Shown piece by piece: positions 42,601 through 52,473 of a stretch of DNA of 64,000 nt (positions are counted from its first letter, which is position 1; every line of letters begins with the position of its first letter). The stretch lies in NCBI GenBank assembly GCA_040954595.2, contig CM082585.2:6845808-6909807 (forward strand), in the 5' to 3' direction. The notes beneath the pieces are model-generated. The model saw only the letters and a program-made list of their open reading frames with translations, had not been told where the DNA came from and did no database searches. The position numbers and the translations under genes are program-made. This DNA is from Balanoglossus misakiensis (lineage: Eukaryota; Animalia; Hemichordata).

Positions 42601-44939
42601 CAAAGCACTATCCCCAGTCCCGTGGGTATTACCACTTAAGTTTATTCACTAAACCTGTTTTCAAAGTAGTTCAGTCACCCACGATGTTGTCGCTTGGGCG
42701 ACTTTCAGTGTACCAGCATTTTGAGATCAGAAGTTACACACATTGGTATCCATTCCATGTTTCAAATTAATCGGACATGATCCTTGAATAATGTTTATTG
42801 TTTGCCATCATCATCAAGAAGGTCTGTTTTGGGATGAATGGGGAAACACAAATGTTAATGCTATAACGAATAAGATCGTAGCCTTTGCGTAAAAGTTTTG
42901 ATCATAAACATGAACGCTGATAATGATCAAATACTTTTTTTGATTTTATAAAGCAAGCATATTAGTGCAGTCCGGTTCGGTTGACAACATTGGTGCCATT
43001 CTTCTTTGTGGAGATGTTCACGTAGCAAGTCACCCAATCACCCTTGAGGAAATTTACAGCAGGCAAAACAGCAACATCATCTCGAGAAGTCCGGCGTGTT
43101 ACACTATAGTGCTTCTAATCTAGTCGGAATAACGATGAACCACGTACACATTGCGCATTAAAACACACACAATCAATTTTTCACGTAGATAGATTTCATC
43201 GGTTTTGTCAGACAATTTTGAATATTGATACAGCTTCCACAGTGCATACGAGACTAATCAGGGCCAGTAGAAGTCTGCATCAATTTACGACCACTTTGCC
43301 CTCAAGGATTGAAAAACAGTATTATACTGTGGGCGTATGCGAACACATACATTTTCTGTAATCTGCGTAGATCTGTGTACCTGCAGATGTCATCGCTGAC
43401 AAATAAACCTGTCTCCTTTCATCATGAGTCGTTATGTGCTTCAGGTTGGAATGTTCATCCCCCCCAAAATTCCTTTGTAGAATTCACTTACCGTTACATC
43501 CGTAATAAAATCCGTGATAATAATTATCCCCATCAAAACAAAGACCGACAATGAAACCCTACAGTGTATATATATTCTTGGAAAGATCCAAGTTTGGTAA
43601 ACTCAATAATGAAGTTTCATTTCACGTAACTACGGTAGAAGTCATAAAAGTTTTATTCAACACTCCCTGGGGAAATACTGAAATATTTCTGATTGGTATT
43701 TGCTACCGATCTTATAAGCACTCTATAACTGTCAGCAATTTTTCTGTCTTAATTTGGTTTTTGAAATATATATTATCCGAGTCAATATAATCATCCAATA
43801 TTAGTCTGAGAGAATTAGTCATTTAAAGCGAGCTATACTTATAAAAGAACCGCATATCTTTTCGTGGTTTGTAACACATTGATTTAAAACAATTTGATGG
43901 TTGTATAGTAATTTAGCTTTAGGCACTGCCTTAATCCCATCCAACGCAAGTGAGATTAGCATCAATGTCTGATTACTAGTATCAAAATTTCATGGTGATG
44001 ACTCATTATCCGTTGTGAATGAATATTCATGCATCTTGGATCGTGCCTTGCATACTTTGGTTTGTGGATTTATCACTGGGCGCACATACACTAGCTTGTT
44101 AGCTGTCAAGTAACGATTATTCATTTCAATTGAGCGTGTCTAGTTTAATACACTACAAATTGCACTGCAATCTGAAGTTGCTATTATCGTAATGCAATTT
44201 ACAAGACAACACAGCGTATTCTTATAGCCACAATTCATTTTACTGTTCCGGAATTGCTGCTATCATCTTTATGCGTATAATAATATCCATTCTGTTTACG
44301 TTTGAAAATGGGCAAACGTTTGAGATCAATTTGTTGCTGACTACGGGGTAGTCCTTTGTCATGTGGTGTAGCTTCTTATGTACTTTCTCGGCTAGTCTGG
44401 GTTTGTGCGTTTACATTGCGTGTATTATTTTCGTCGTCAAAAGTACAGTAGACAAAGTAAAGCCCTTGCAAGCTGTTTCTTAACCTTTGTAAATGACTTT
44501 TGATTGAAATCAAACAATGACAACCAGACTGTGTGTTACACGCATCACTTTAAAATTCAAAAAGTATATGTCCTGCTATGTGCATTCAGAGCCTTACGTG
44601 CCAAACTCTTCTCACCTGTTGCAGAAAGATGACCGTCGGGCACATCTTTGCGCCGAATATCCAGTGTCCCAGCAGTATGGTAGGAAATGTGAACGGCATG
44701 CAGAAGACGGCCATCAGCAAGTCGGCACACGCCAGGTTGATGAGGAAAGCGTTGAGGTAAGTCGCCGAGGAGTAATGAGAGATCAGCACGCACAGAACGA
44801 TCACATTCCCCGTGACTGACATGAGCATGTTGAGGCAGAAGGCGGTGACCAGCACCATCCTGCTGTCGTACGGCAGAGCAAGGTCGTAGTATTCGTAGTC
44901 TACTTCGGAGGAGTTGGTGCCGTTCGCAGACAAATTCAT
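11035..44939 (-). CDS. Class A neuropeptide GPCR (leucokinin / luqin-RYamide / tachykinin / GPR83-like group), isoform A using distal exon 1A, 399 aa
   Basis: Join of 44939-44616, 13891-13490, 12040-11825 and 11292-11035; all introns are GT-AG and phase 0. Seven TM segments with GN (TM1), NLAxAD (TM2), WIFG..MC, DRY, CWLP and NPFIY, plus helix 8 (FRNDLKSMI). ICL3 LWGRTIPGNADTNRD..KKKVIKML resembles leucokinin/RYamide-type receptors. The family assignment is from motif recall, not a search. Confidence 0.75.
11798..11817 (+). repeat. G20 homopolymer
   Basis: Twenty consecutive G, read as C20 in the GPCR pre-mRNA starting at intron position +8. Confidence 0.9.
11825..12040 (-). CDS. GPCR shared exon 3 (TM6, TM7)
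   Basis: Acceptor TCTACATTAG|GTG; donor AGG|GTACGT; 216 nt; CWLP and NPFIY motifs. Confidence 0.95.
13490..13891 (-). CDS. GPCR shared exon 2 (TM3 second half, TM4, ECL2, TM5, ICL3)
   Basis: Acceptor TTCTTTCCCTTGCAG|GTG; donor AAG|GTATGG; 402 nt; contains DRY and the ECL2 Cys (YFCSE). Confidence 0.95.
15747..15939. mobile_element. 185-bp MITE with TTAA TSD (family A, most intact copy)
   Basis: TTAA-AGGTATACAGTCACCT ... AGGTGACCCTATACCT-TTAA; TIRs match at 14/16; related copies at about 26245 and 26655. Confidence 0.85.
20523..20861. mobile_element. Degenerate TTAA-type MITE, about 335 bp
   Basis: Left end GGTAGTATGCGCC; right end ...ATGCTACC-TTAA. Internal blocks CAGTGACCCCTA and ATGAGAACAAT recur at about 2665 and 2770. 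The left TSD is decayed. Confidence 0.5.
22053..22564. mobile_element. Non-autonomous DNA transposon (MITE), 504 bp, TTAA TSD, Kolobok/T2-like
   Basis: TTAA (22053-22056), AGGCACGTAAGCTGCAACT ... AGTTACAGCTTACGTGCCT, TTAA (22561-22564); TIRs match at 18/19; no coding capacity. Confidence 0.9.
23690..23780 (+). mobile_element. Possible degenerate tRNA-derived SINE
   Basis: A-box-like GTGATTAGTGG and B-box-like CTCAAATCC, then TGTCCTCGGGCAAGGTAC, which resembles the TGTCCTTGGGCAAG core of many SINEs. Confidence 0.35.
24800..25125. repeat. Degenerate tandem repeat, period about 90-115 bp
   Basis: GACACTTTT.AAG.CA.ACTAATTGGTT...ACAC.GCAAGTTGGAAATATT at about 24902 and 25014; partial units at about 24801 and 25098. 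Confidence 0.65.
26245..26421. mobile_element. MITE family A, copy 2 (internally deleted, insertion in left TIR)
   Basis: TTAA-AGGTA...GGTCACCT...TGGTGGCAC...CTGTGATTGG...TATACCT-TTAA aligns with 15751-15935. Confidence 0.8.
26655..26821. mobile_element. MITE family A, copy 3 (degenerate, left end lost)
   Basis: TGAAAATC..TGGCTAGAT..CCATGGTAACT..GCTAA..TATACCTTT is colinear with the right part of copy 1. Confidence 0.65.
27306..27644 (-). CDS. GPCR alternative first coding exon 1B (N-terminus to mid-TM3, 113 codons)
   Basis: MEGHEYSLF...MCPTVIFLQQ; donor CAG|GTAAG at 27305; two N-glycosylation sequons. Confidence 0.92.
27740..27792 (-). promoter_or_regulatory. Putative core promoter of GPCR exon 1B
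   Basis: Minus-strand TATAAAGG at 27771-27764; TCACGTGA E-box at 27785-27792; 17-nt block shared with the exon 1A upstream region. Confidence 0.5.
35660..36300 (+). mobile_element. Decayed non-LTR retrotransposon (CR1/L2/Jockey-like) reverse transcriptase remnant
   Basis: Motifs in the expected order, with stops and frameshifts: KKAF (about 35680), FADNMNL (about 35895, from FADD), LNPSKCK (about 36000), RNLSVIIDMGLKFCKHV (36107-36157, from KDLGVxxDxxLxFxxHI). Confidence 0.7.
44616..44939 (-). CDS. GPCR alternative first coding exon 1A (N-terminus to mid-TM3, 108 codons)
   Basis: ACC-ATG start at 44939; MNLSANGTNSS...MCPTVIFLQQ; donor CAG|GTGAG at 44615; three N-glycosylation sequons. Confidence 0.9.
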
Positions 44940-45029
44940 GGTGTCGATGTGGATCGAGAAAACTGTGAAGCTGTGTCTTTCACTTCAGGTGCCGTCGTCA
45001 ACTCGGCAGAAAAAATTTGTCACTCTGAG

Positions 45030-45089
45030 TATAATGCTCACTAAAGCGCTTGTCAGACACCTCACTTTCTTCTGTCAGATCACGTGATC
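45030..45089 (-). promoter_or_regulatory. Putative promoter of GPCR exon 1A
   Basis: Plus-strand TATAATGCTCACTAAAG (45030-45046) matches 27768-27784 at 15/17; palindrome GATCACGTGATC at 45078-45089. Confidence 0.45.
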
Positions 45090-47745
45090 GCGTTTGACGA
45101 AAAAGTATGGAAGAAGTTCTGCTGCGTTAACCAAATAAAAAGGGCACATATGCAACGTGAATTATCTATCGCGATTGGCCATCAAGGTTGGCACTGTCAA
45201 TCGCGCGACACGCTTGAAATAAGGGTCCCCTTTTCGTCGCAGTTTTCCTTGCGGTGCGCGATGCCTTCCCGTCGGTGGACCCGTCCCTCGGGAACAGAGC
45301 CTACTCTCCCCCTCGCTGTGGTGGAATCTGCCCAAAGTGTGATGCTGCTCCATGCAGCTCAACCACTGAACACGCAGCGATAATTCATGTTATTTCAACG
45401 AAAAACTGAAATGCAACTTATAATGGCATCGCTAAAAATAATATCCGGAAAAATGTCAAGGCCTTGTAATTGTATCAGGTACCTGGTCCAAAACACTGAA
45501 AGTACACTAACCTAAACCTGATTTAATTTCTCCATATATACATTTCACCTCAGCAGACGTAACAATATCAACAATTCAGAAGCTTCCAATACAGCCATTA
45601 TCACAGTTTGTGGTCAAATGGTACTTTGACAGTCGTGCCCAGTAATTCGGACAGTGGCCCATTTCCCGACAAATGAATCGAAACCGACCTCTTTTGGAAG
45701 TTTATGTTTGCGGAAAACGTAGGACTGTTATTCCAGGCGGAAGCAGATTACAGGTAAATTACACGCATTGGTGTCTACGTATTGAGTAGTTATTGACATA
45801 TTTTGGCCGTTTTTTTTCCGCAGGACTTACTTCGCTTGTACTCTAATAGCAAAATAATCATCCACTTTGTGTGAAAGCTGCAGTTTCTAATCCAGGACTT
45901 AGAGCCGTTCTCACTGTCCATCATGGAAAACTTTAAATATCTATCGATGTGCTGAGAATCGGAATGACCTGCAAAGCTCTAGAGGGCGACGTGCCCAGAA
46001 TATCTGATGGTGTTGCGGAAACGTAGGTTTCAGATCGATCAAGGGCATCTGGATGTGGATGGAATTGTATAGTTTTAGAGACTTGACCTCTTTCCATAAT
46101 TGTCCCTTTTTATTTTCTATTAATTCTATAATTTCAATTTATTATAATTGTTCCATGACACATGCACACACATGCACACACACACACCGGTACATACAAT
46201 GCAAAAACGTGTGACAAACTCTGAAAGAGCAACACAACAATGTACACAGTAGATGACTTGTATCCACAATATAAACTAATTTTATTGCATGAGAATTTAA
46301 AATTCTAACAACATCTGCCATTACTGTAAAGTTTCTAGTAGGTGTGTAGTACATCAATGCATTCTCCATTTTGTTTGAATTCGAACAACTGGCCTGACAC
46401 AACCATTCCAAAAAGTTCATGACATGACACAATCCTCTTGTCATTTGGTATTTCATCAATAATTTAATGTCTCCACAGGAAGGTACTTATACTTCACTTG
46501 TATGCATACTCTTTTATTGATTCATGCAAAAAAATCCAGTTATATTTGGTAGTTGTAAGTAACAAGAAATCCAACAATTTGTAAATGAACTACTGTTAGC
46601 AAAACTGTATCCTGATCTTTAAATGATAATATTCCTTATAATTATTACGAACAAAGTGAGATGTAGACGCTTTTATTTACTTCATATTAAATTAAAATTT
46701 CTACAACGACAATGTATTACTACTGCTACATCATGTATCAAAGTAAATCCATATGCAAAAAAATTGTCTATCGTGACGATAATTCGAACAACACGTTTAG
46801 TCTAGTTGGTGCGAAAACTAAAATAGCAATGAAAACAATGGGGTGTTTGTTCAGCTCTATAAATGGCGTTTTTGACTTTCACGTGATTAGTACGTGATTA
46901 GGCGTGGCGTCAAACGGGAAATAAGGGCAGGGATATGTCCCCTGGCAAAGTTGCTGGCTGTCGCAGATCTTACAGATAATGTCCAATGGTTTAATTCATC
47001 ATTTTGAATGGTGAAAAGGGCCCTATATACATGAAAAGTGGTATGGGAAATTATTGAAGACTTGAGTATATCTGAGAAATCTACAGTACACTGACCAGAG
47101 CAACAGAAAAGCTAGGTGGTGTAATGACTTTAAAAATCATAACATCCGTCAAGTTTGCTTTGCAACCCTTGATTTTTTTCTGTAGCTGTTACTGAAACTT
47201 TTTAAGGATTTTTACCAAAATATAAGGAAAGCTGAAGACTGATTTTTCAAGTAAGCATCTTTTACACCACTGCAAAGTCGAAGTCCTTTGGAGGTTGAGT
47301 ACAGGTACAGTGCATAATTTTTTAAACAAAATTGTCTGTTTGTGATACTACTTAACAAGACACTACTTAACTGTTTCCGGTTGGAAAGTTTGATTCAATT
47401 CCTTAAAGCGATAAACCATAAGAAAATCAAACACATAAGTAGTATTTCCACTAGATAAAAATAATTTTCTCATAATTTTTTTACCTCATGCATATTCACA
47501 TATACATTATATGTTCATCACAGACTATCATTAAAATGTTCATTAACCTAGATTATTTTTCATTTGTAGATTACTGTAAACCATCCTTGAAACACTGCCT
47601 CTTGTGGCCACTGTTCTGTATCTGTTACTATGGCAATGAAGAGACTGTAGATCAGTGGCAGCCATGTTTGCTGCGGCATCATGGGAAAAGTGTGATCTTC
47701 ACTAGAGTACATGCATAGAATGTGGTAAAATCTGCCTATGTATCT

Positions 47746-50700
47746 TTACATAGTAAAATGTCTTGTGTAATCATATTCTATGGTTGGTATGACCGCTTGC
47801 ACAAACTTCAGAAAAATGAGAAGGTACCTGAAGAGTTGTGGTTAAGGAATGATAAGTTACTGTATTTCTGTAGGTAACATAGGATGGACACATACAGACA
47901 GACAGACACAGGAGTCGGAGAGGACACCTGTGTGAATTTAGAAATAAACTACCAAGTGACCATGGGTCAAACTTGACATAGAACAGTTTACGGTAAATCT
48001 GTGAGAAAGGATACATATGTACGCCGACTTCACCACCGCCGTCTGCTACTGTGTGAATGATCTTCTTCATGACATCAGCGTGCCTACAGGAATATAATAT
48101 CAGATTATTCTTTAACCTTTTGGACCCTGACCCTCAGTGACCTATGACATCAGAAGCCCGGAAAATCGGGTAAAAACACCCTGAACGTGAACAGCCCAAA
48201 ACAAATCGGGGCGTGGCTGTAACATGGTGACCTTTGACGTAACTGGCCTGACTACCACAAATGCCCTTCTTGGTTTACTCCGACTTTAGACTAACCTGCA
48301 TGGATGCACGGATGCCATTGTCATGGGTAAATGTGGGTGGCTTTCTATCGTGACTGTTTTCTTGGCATGGTCTTGACTGATGTCTTCATACACTTGTTGC
48401 ACTGTCAGGGGCTTCCGATTCTGAAATGCATAAATATTTTTTATGTTTCAACACACTGCTCAAGAGAGTAAAATACACATTATATAGTTGTAAGCACACA
48501 GCAACCAATTCTATGCAGAGACATACTATCCAAGGATTTCATAAACTTCAAGTAGGGCCATTCATGCCATTCTGTTAAAGTAGCACCCCCCCCCCCTCAA
48601 GTCACTTACCTCATCGTAGCCAAACAACCATAACCTTGGAGTCTGGTAGTACTTATCATACGATATATGTAAATCATAGGTTCTTGTCTGCAGTATCCCG
48701 CTCTCTGCTCCTCCTGCGCCGGCTGATGCGCTAGCGCCCTCTGTGGTGGCATCTGAAGGTTTGACTTTGGTGGGGTCGATAGTGGCCTGGAAGGATAATA
48801 ATCCCGGGTTGATGATCATATAAGATTAATTATAATCAATCAGGTAGTTATGATACAAACATACTGACAGCATTCTCACAAATCACAGATACTGTGCTGG
48901 ATGTTAGGCAACTTGATTATTACTAACAGTGTTACATGTACAACCTTACTATATTTCATTACATTTTCTGACAATAGTGTCTCTCATTGTGAATGAATGC
49001 CGATTACTCACATTGTCTGTAGCCTCCAACATTCCACTTTCCTCGAATGCTGAAACGGAAAATGGAAATCAATTCATGAATTTTGCACAATATGAAGTAC
49101 ATTGTTAATTGAAATCCCTATCACTTGCCCTTTAACACCATTGATCAATTTAACCTTGACCTTCACTGCTGTTGTAATACATGTATTCTGATTGTTATAC
49201 TAGTAACAGATATGACACCACTGTTTAATAGTCAGATACTCTTTTTCATGTACATACAGTGAAGATGTTATCAGAGAGTACCTTCCATGTCTTCAGCTTC
49301 TTCATCGTCATCATCATCGTCGTCGTCATCCTGTGTTGCCAGAGGATTTGCGGCGGCGCCTTGTTTTGATGCCAGGGCCATTTCGCCGACTGCCTCGGCT
49401 AAATTACTGGCACCCAACTCACTGGGATCTGTCGGTCAGGGCAAGGATGGTCAGTAAACTTGTGTTTTTGAATATTCATACTGGTATGAACATGTACACT
49501 AAATCTGCTATCATTAGAGTGCTTTCAGACAAAACATGGTTGATCACTATTACACGACGACGTACATAGTATATGTAAATTCCTGTGTGATGTGTAATGA
49601 TAGTAATACAATGTCATGATAAACTTGGCATGAACTTGTACAGTGGTAGATATATCAACTGAAGTACCAACCGATGTTATGGTGAGTGTCCACCCAGCCT
49701 CCATCACCGTCATCTTCATCCAGAATTGCTTCATTCTCATCGGAATATTCCATCTGTTTACACCGCTTGTAACATGGAACTATTGCAAAGAAACATATGA
49801 AAGTGACACTTGTTATCACAATATTGTGGACACTGTCAGCTATGATGATATATAAAGTGACTGTGATCAATACCAGATTAGCGCTAGAGTATACAAAACA
49901 GTTGTTTGGGAATAAACTGAAGGGACATTACCATTTCTTGTGATAAGAAATTGCTTTTCTTTTGGAAGATATTGTTTTGTTTTGCCTTCTTCTCCCATGG
50001 ACCATTGCCATGTGGGACAGTGGTGAACCATGTGGTCGCCCGCGGCAACAAACTGAAAGAATACAAATATTTGGGGTGAAAGGTCCCAACACAGACAAGC
50101 ATCACAATCAAACTTGTGTTCACATTTGATGAGGCAACAATGACACTTACAGCTTGCTTGAATATTAACGCACTGCAAAAACTTACCTCTTCTGGTGTAA
50201 TCACTCCAGTTTCTTTAAACTTAGATTCCTGGGGATGAAGAAATGATTTACGGTAAGGACTACGCTTTGTAACTGTTTGTCGACCTCACAACCGACCTCT
50301 ATGATTGAGATCACTTCCAAGGCCACGTATTTGCACATAAAGTGAATGTGTACACATACAAATTGTGCTCATTGGAGGATAGCATCGTTGAATCCTACAG
50401 TGGAGTGTGTTTACGACTTCAAGGCCAGGTTGGTGTAATCGACAGTGAAAGTTTTCCTTACATATTTTACGTAACCAAAATTACCATGGCTGGGCGTTTA
50501 CTGCAGTTCAGTACCTCGATGAGTCAGGCTTTGCCGTCAAACACACAAACCAAGGCAGAACCTCGAGCTACTGAACTGTGGCTAGGCTGGGTGTGAGAAT
50601 GCAGAGTTGTTCAACGACAACGTTCACTGCAATATTTAAGGGCTGTATAAATGTGCCAATTCGTTTTTGACGTTAACATGGTGTGACGATGCCGACTCCA

Positions 50701-50920
50701 AACGAAACCGAAACTAAACTGCAAGTGATGTTTCACACCCTCATTTATGTCACAGAATTATGTATGGTGTGATTGTGACACTGACAGCGATGCTGTGGGT
50801 TAACCATCGCATCGGACAAAATGTACCGTGGGTTTTCTGACAACTGACCTTCAGGACCGGCGTCAGGAACTCTGCAACACCGAGGGCTGTGCCCTTCAAG
50901 TTATTTATCATACTCTGCAT
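47746..50920 (-). CDS. ATG3: Ubiquitin-like-conjugating enzyme ATG3 (autophagy E2), 10 exons, 326 aa
   Basis: Exons 50920-50849, 50228-50187, 50052-49932, 49779-49672, 49428-49282, 49049-49012, 48786-48610, 48420-48296, 48083-48015, 47827-47746 (981 nt, all GT-AG). Motifs: [65 protein letters not shown], catalytic SVHPCRH, and C-terminus [22 protein letters not shown]. Confidence 0.98.
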
Positions 50921-52473
50921 CTTGAATGTCCCCCACTTCGCGGTTTAAGACGCAAACGGAGTCATTTACAGTGCGAACCTGTCACTTGCTGACAAACCAG
51001 GAAGTAAATCAAGTGTGTGCATTTAGCTCCGATTTGGATTCTGCTTCAAATCAAGTTCGGATGGCAGAATCTTTTTAAAAAAACACCAAAAAGATGAAAT
51101 GAAATAATAATAGGCGAGTACAAAATGATAGTGAATGTTGCAGTTCAGAATTTTAAATGGTCTAAGATAAGTATTTCGCGGTGAGTTGGACAGAACAGTA
51201 TTTCTATGTTCCTCCCCTTCTCGCCTGATTTGAATTGAATCTGAATCTGAAAAAAGTATCGATTTCGTAGGGAAACCCCCGTTTGTTTTCCCATACTTGT
51301 TTCCTCCAGTCATGGCGGGGAAACCCGATTCGCACGTTTAAAAGTATGGTGCGCTTCTGATATAATGGCAAAAGTGTATTTTTAACCAAATATGCTGCGT
51401 GTTTTAGTTTCTTCAAATCATTATATACGATGTCGATGTTATTGTACATGTTATAAGGGGCCGTGGATTATTAAAGCACACACGACAAAACAAAAAAGCG
51501 CGTTTGATATCCGCTCCCCAAACGACGAGTTTGAGTTAGGAATTCATGATTTTAACTTTCAGTTTCACCATAGACAGTAAAAACAACAAAATCGCAAAGC
51601 TTCAAGCCTATAGATCCGTGAAGTAGGTTATCCTCGGTGTTTGTGTGTTTTTAATTATGAACAAGTAAACTATCATCAAGTCCACATGCAAAATGTGTCA
51701 ATTTGAATACAAGCCGTGAATTGCATCGTTCAGAGTTTTTGACGCGCCCTCCCCGTAGTTAATTTTCAGCATATAGCCTTGCCTAAAAGTAAAAAAAAAG
51801 TTCTTTCCCTCATTCACCATTTACGTGCGCCCGGGTTACAACCACAGGTTTAAGGCCTGTCATAACTTTTTCCCCCGCACTTCAACTTCAAGTTCAGCTT
51901 TTATATTGCATGTAGTTAGTCCACACCCCGGGTCCACACTGAACAATATTTCTCTACCCTTGGAGATTTTTGTCGTATTAAAAATAGATTTTGCAGCTCG
52001 CTGGGGCTTGAAACATTCGCCCAATTATGTTTTGTGGTGTGTGAACTGTGACGAAACTCGGTTCCCTTAAAATCACATTATAGACAGGTCCTGGTCCGCA
52101 CAAGTATGGTCAGTTTAGTTTTATCAGTATAACGCATTTGATAAAGCGCCCCTTGTTTCGGGGGAAAAGCGTATAGTATTCAATTTATAAGCTTAATCTA
52201 GACAAATTGTCTGCATGATGTATGTTCATGTAAGTTTGAAAGTACATGTACATTTCTCAGTAATGTACATGTATCATCTGCAGATGTCAGCAGTGTTTCC
52301 CACAATGCACCGCAGGTGACGTGTCAACGATTACGCATACTCATCCGCCATTTTTCAGCAAGTGTGTGTCTGTTGGATCTGCCACGCACGACCTAGGCGT
52401 TTTGGACCGGTGTAGGGAGCAGTGAACTCCTTCGTAATTCTGTTTTATACCCACTAGAAAGCACAAATACGCG
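50921..52473. promoter_or_regulatory. Divergent promoter region between ATG3 and TM9SF2
   Basis: 1553 nt separate the two start codons. ETS-type CCAGGAAGT at 50997-51005; ZNF143/Staf-type TTCCCACAATGCACCGC at 52297-52313; TGACGTG at 52317-52323; YY1-type CCGCCATTTT at 52345-52354. Confidence 0.65.

Noticed and set aside
27645-44615. A second complete GPCR gene belonging to exon 1A
   Set aside because: No TM4-TM7 coding segment appears in the ORF track or on reading. A 402-nt exon 2 paralogue would be expected to show as an ORF. Highly decayed remnants cannot be excluded without tblastn.
27306-44939. Exons 1A and 1B spliced in series to give a receptor with extra TM helices
   Set aside because: Exon 1B has its own ATG, N-glycosylation sequons and TATA box, and there is no convincing polypyrimidine-AG acceptor upstream of it.
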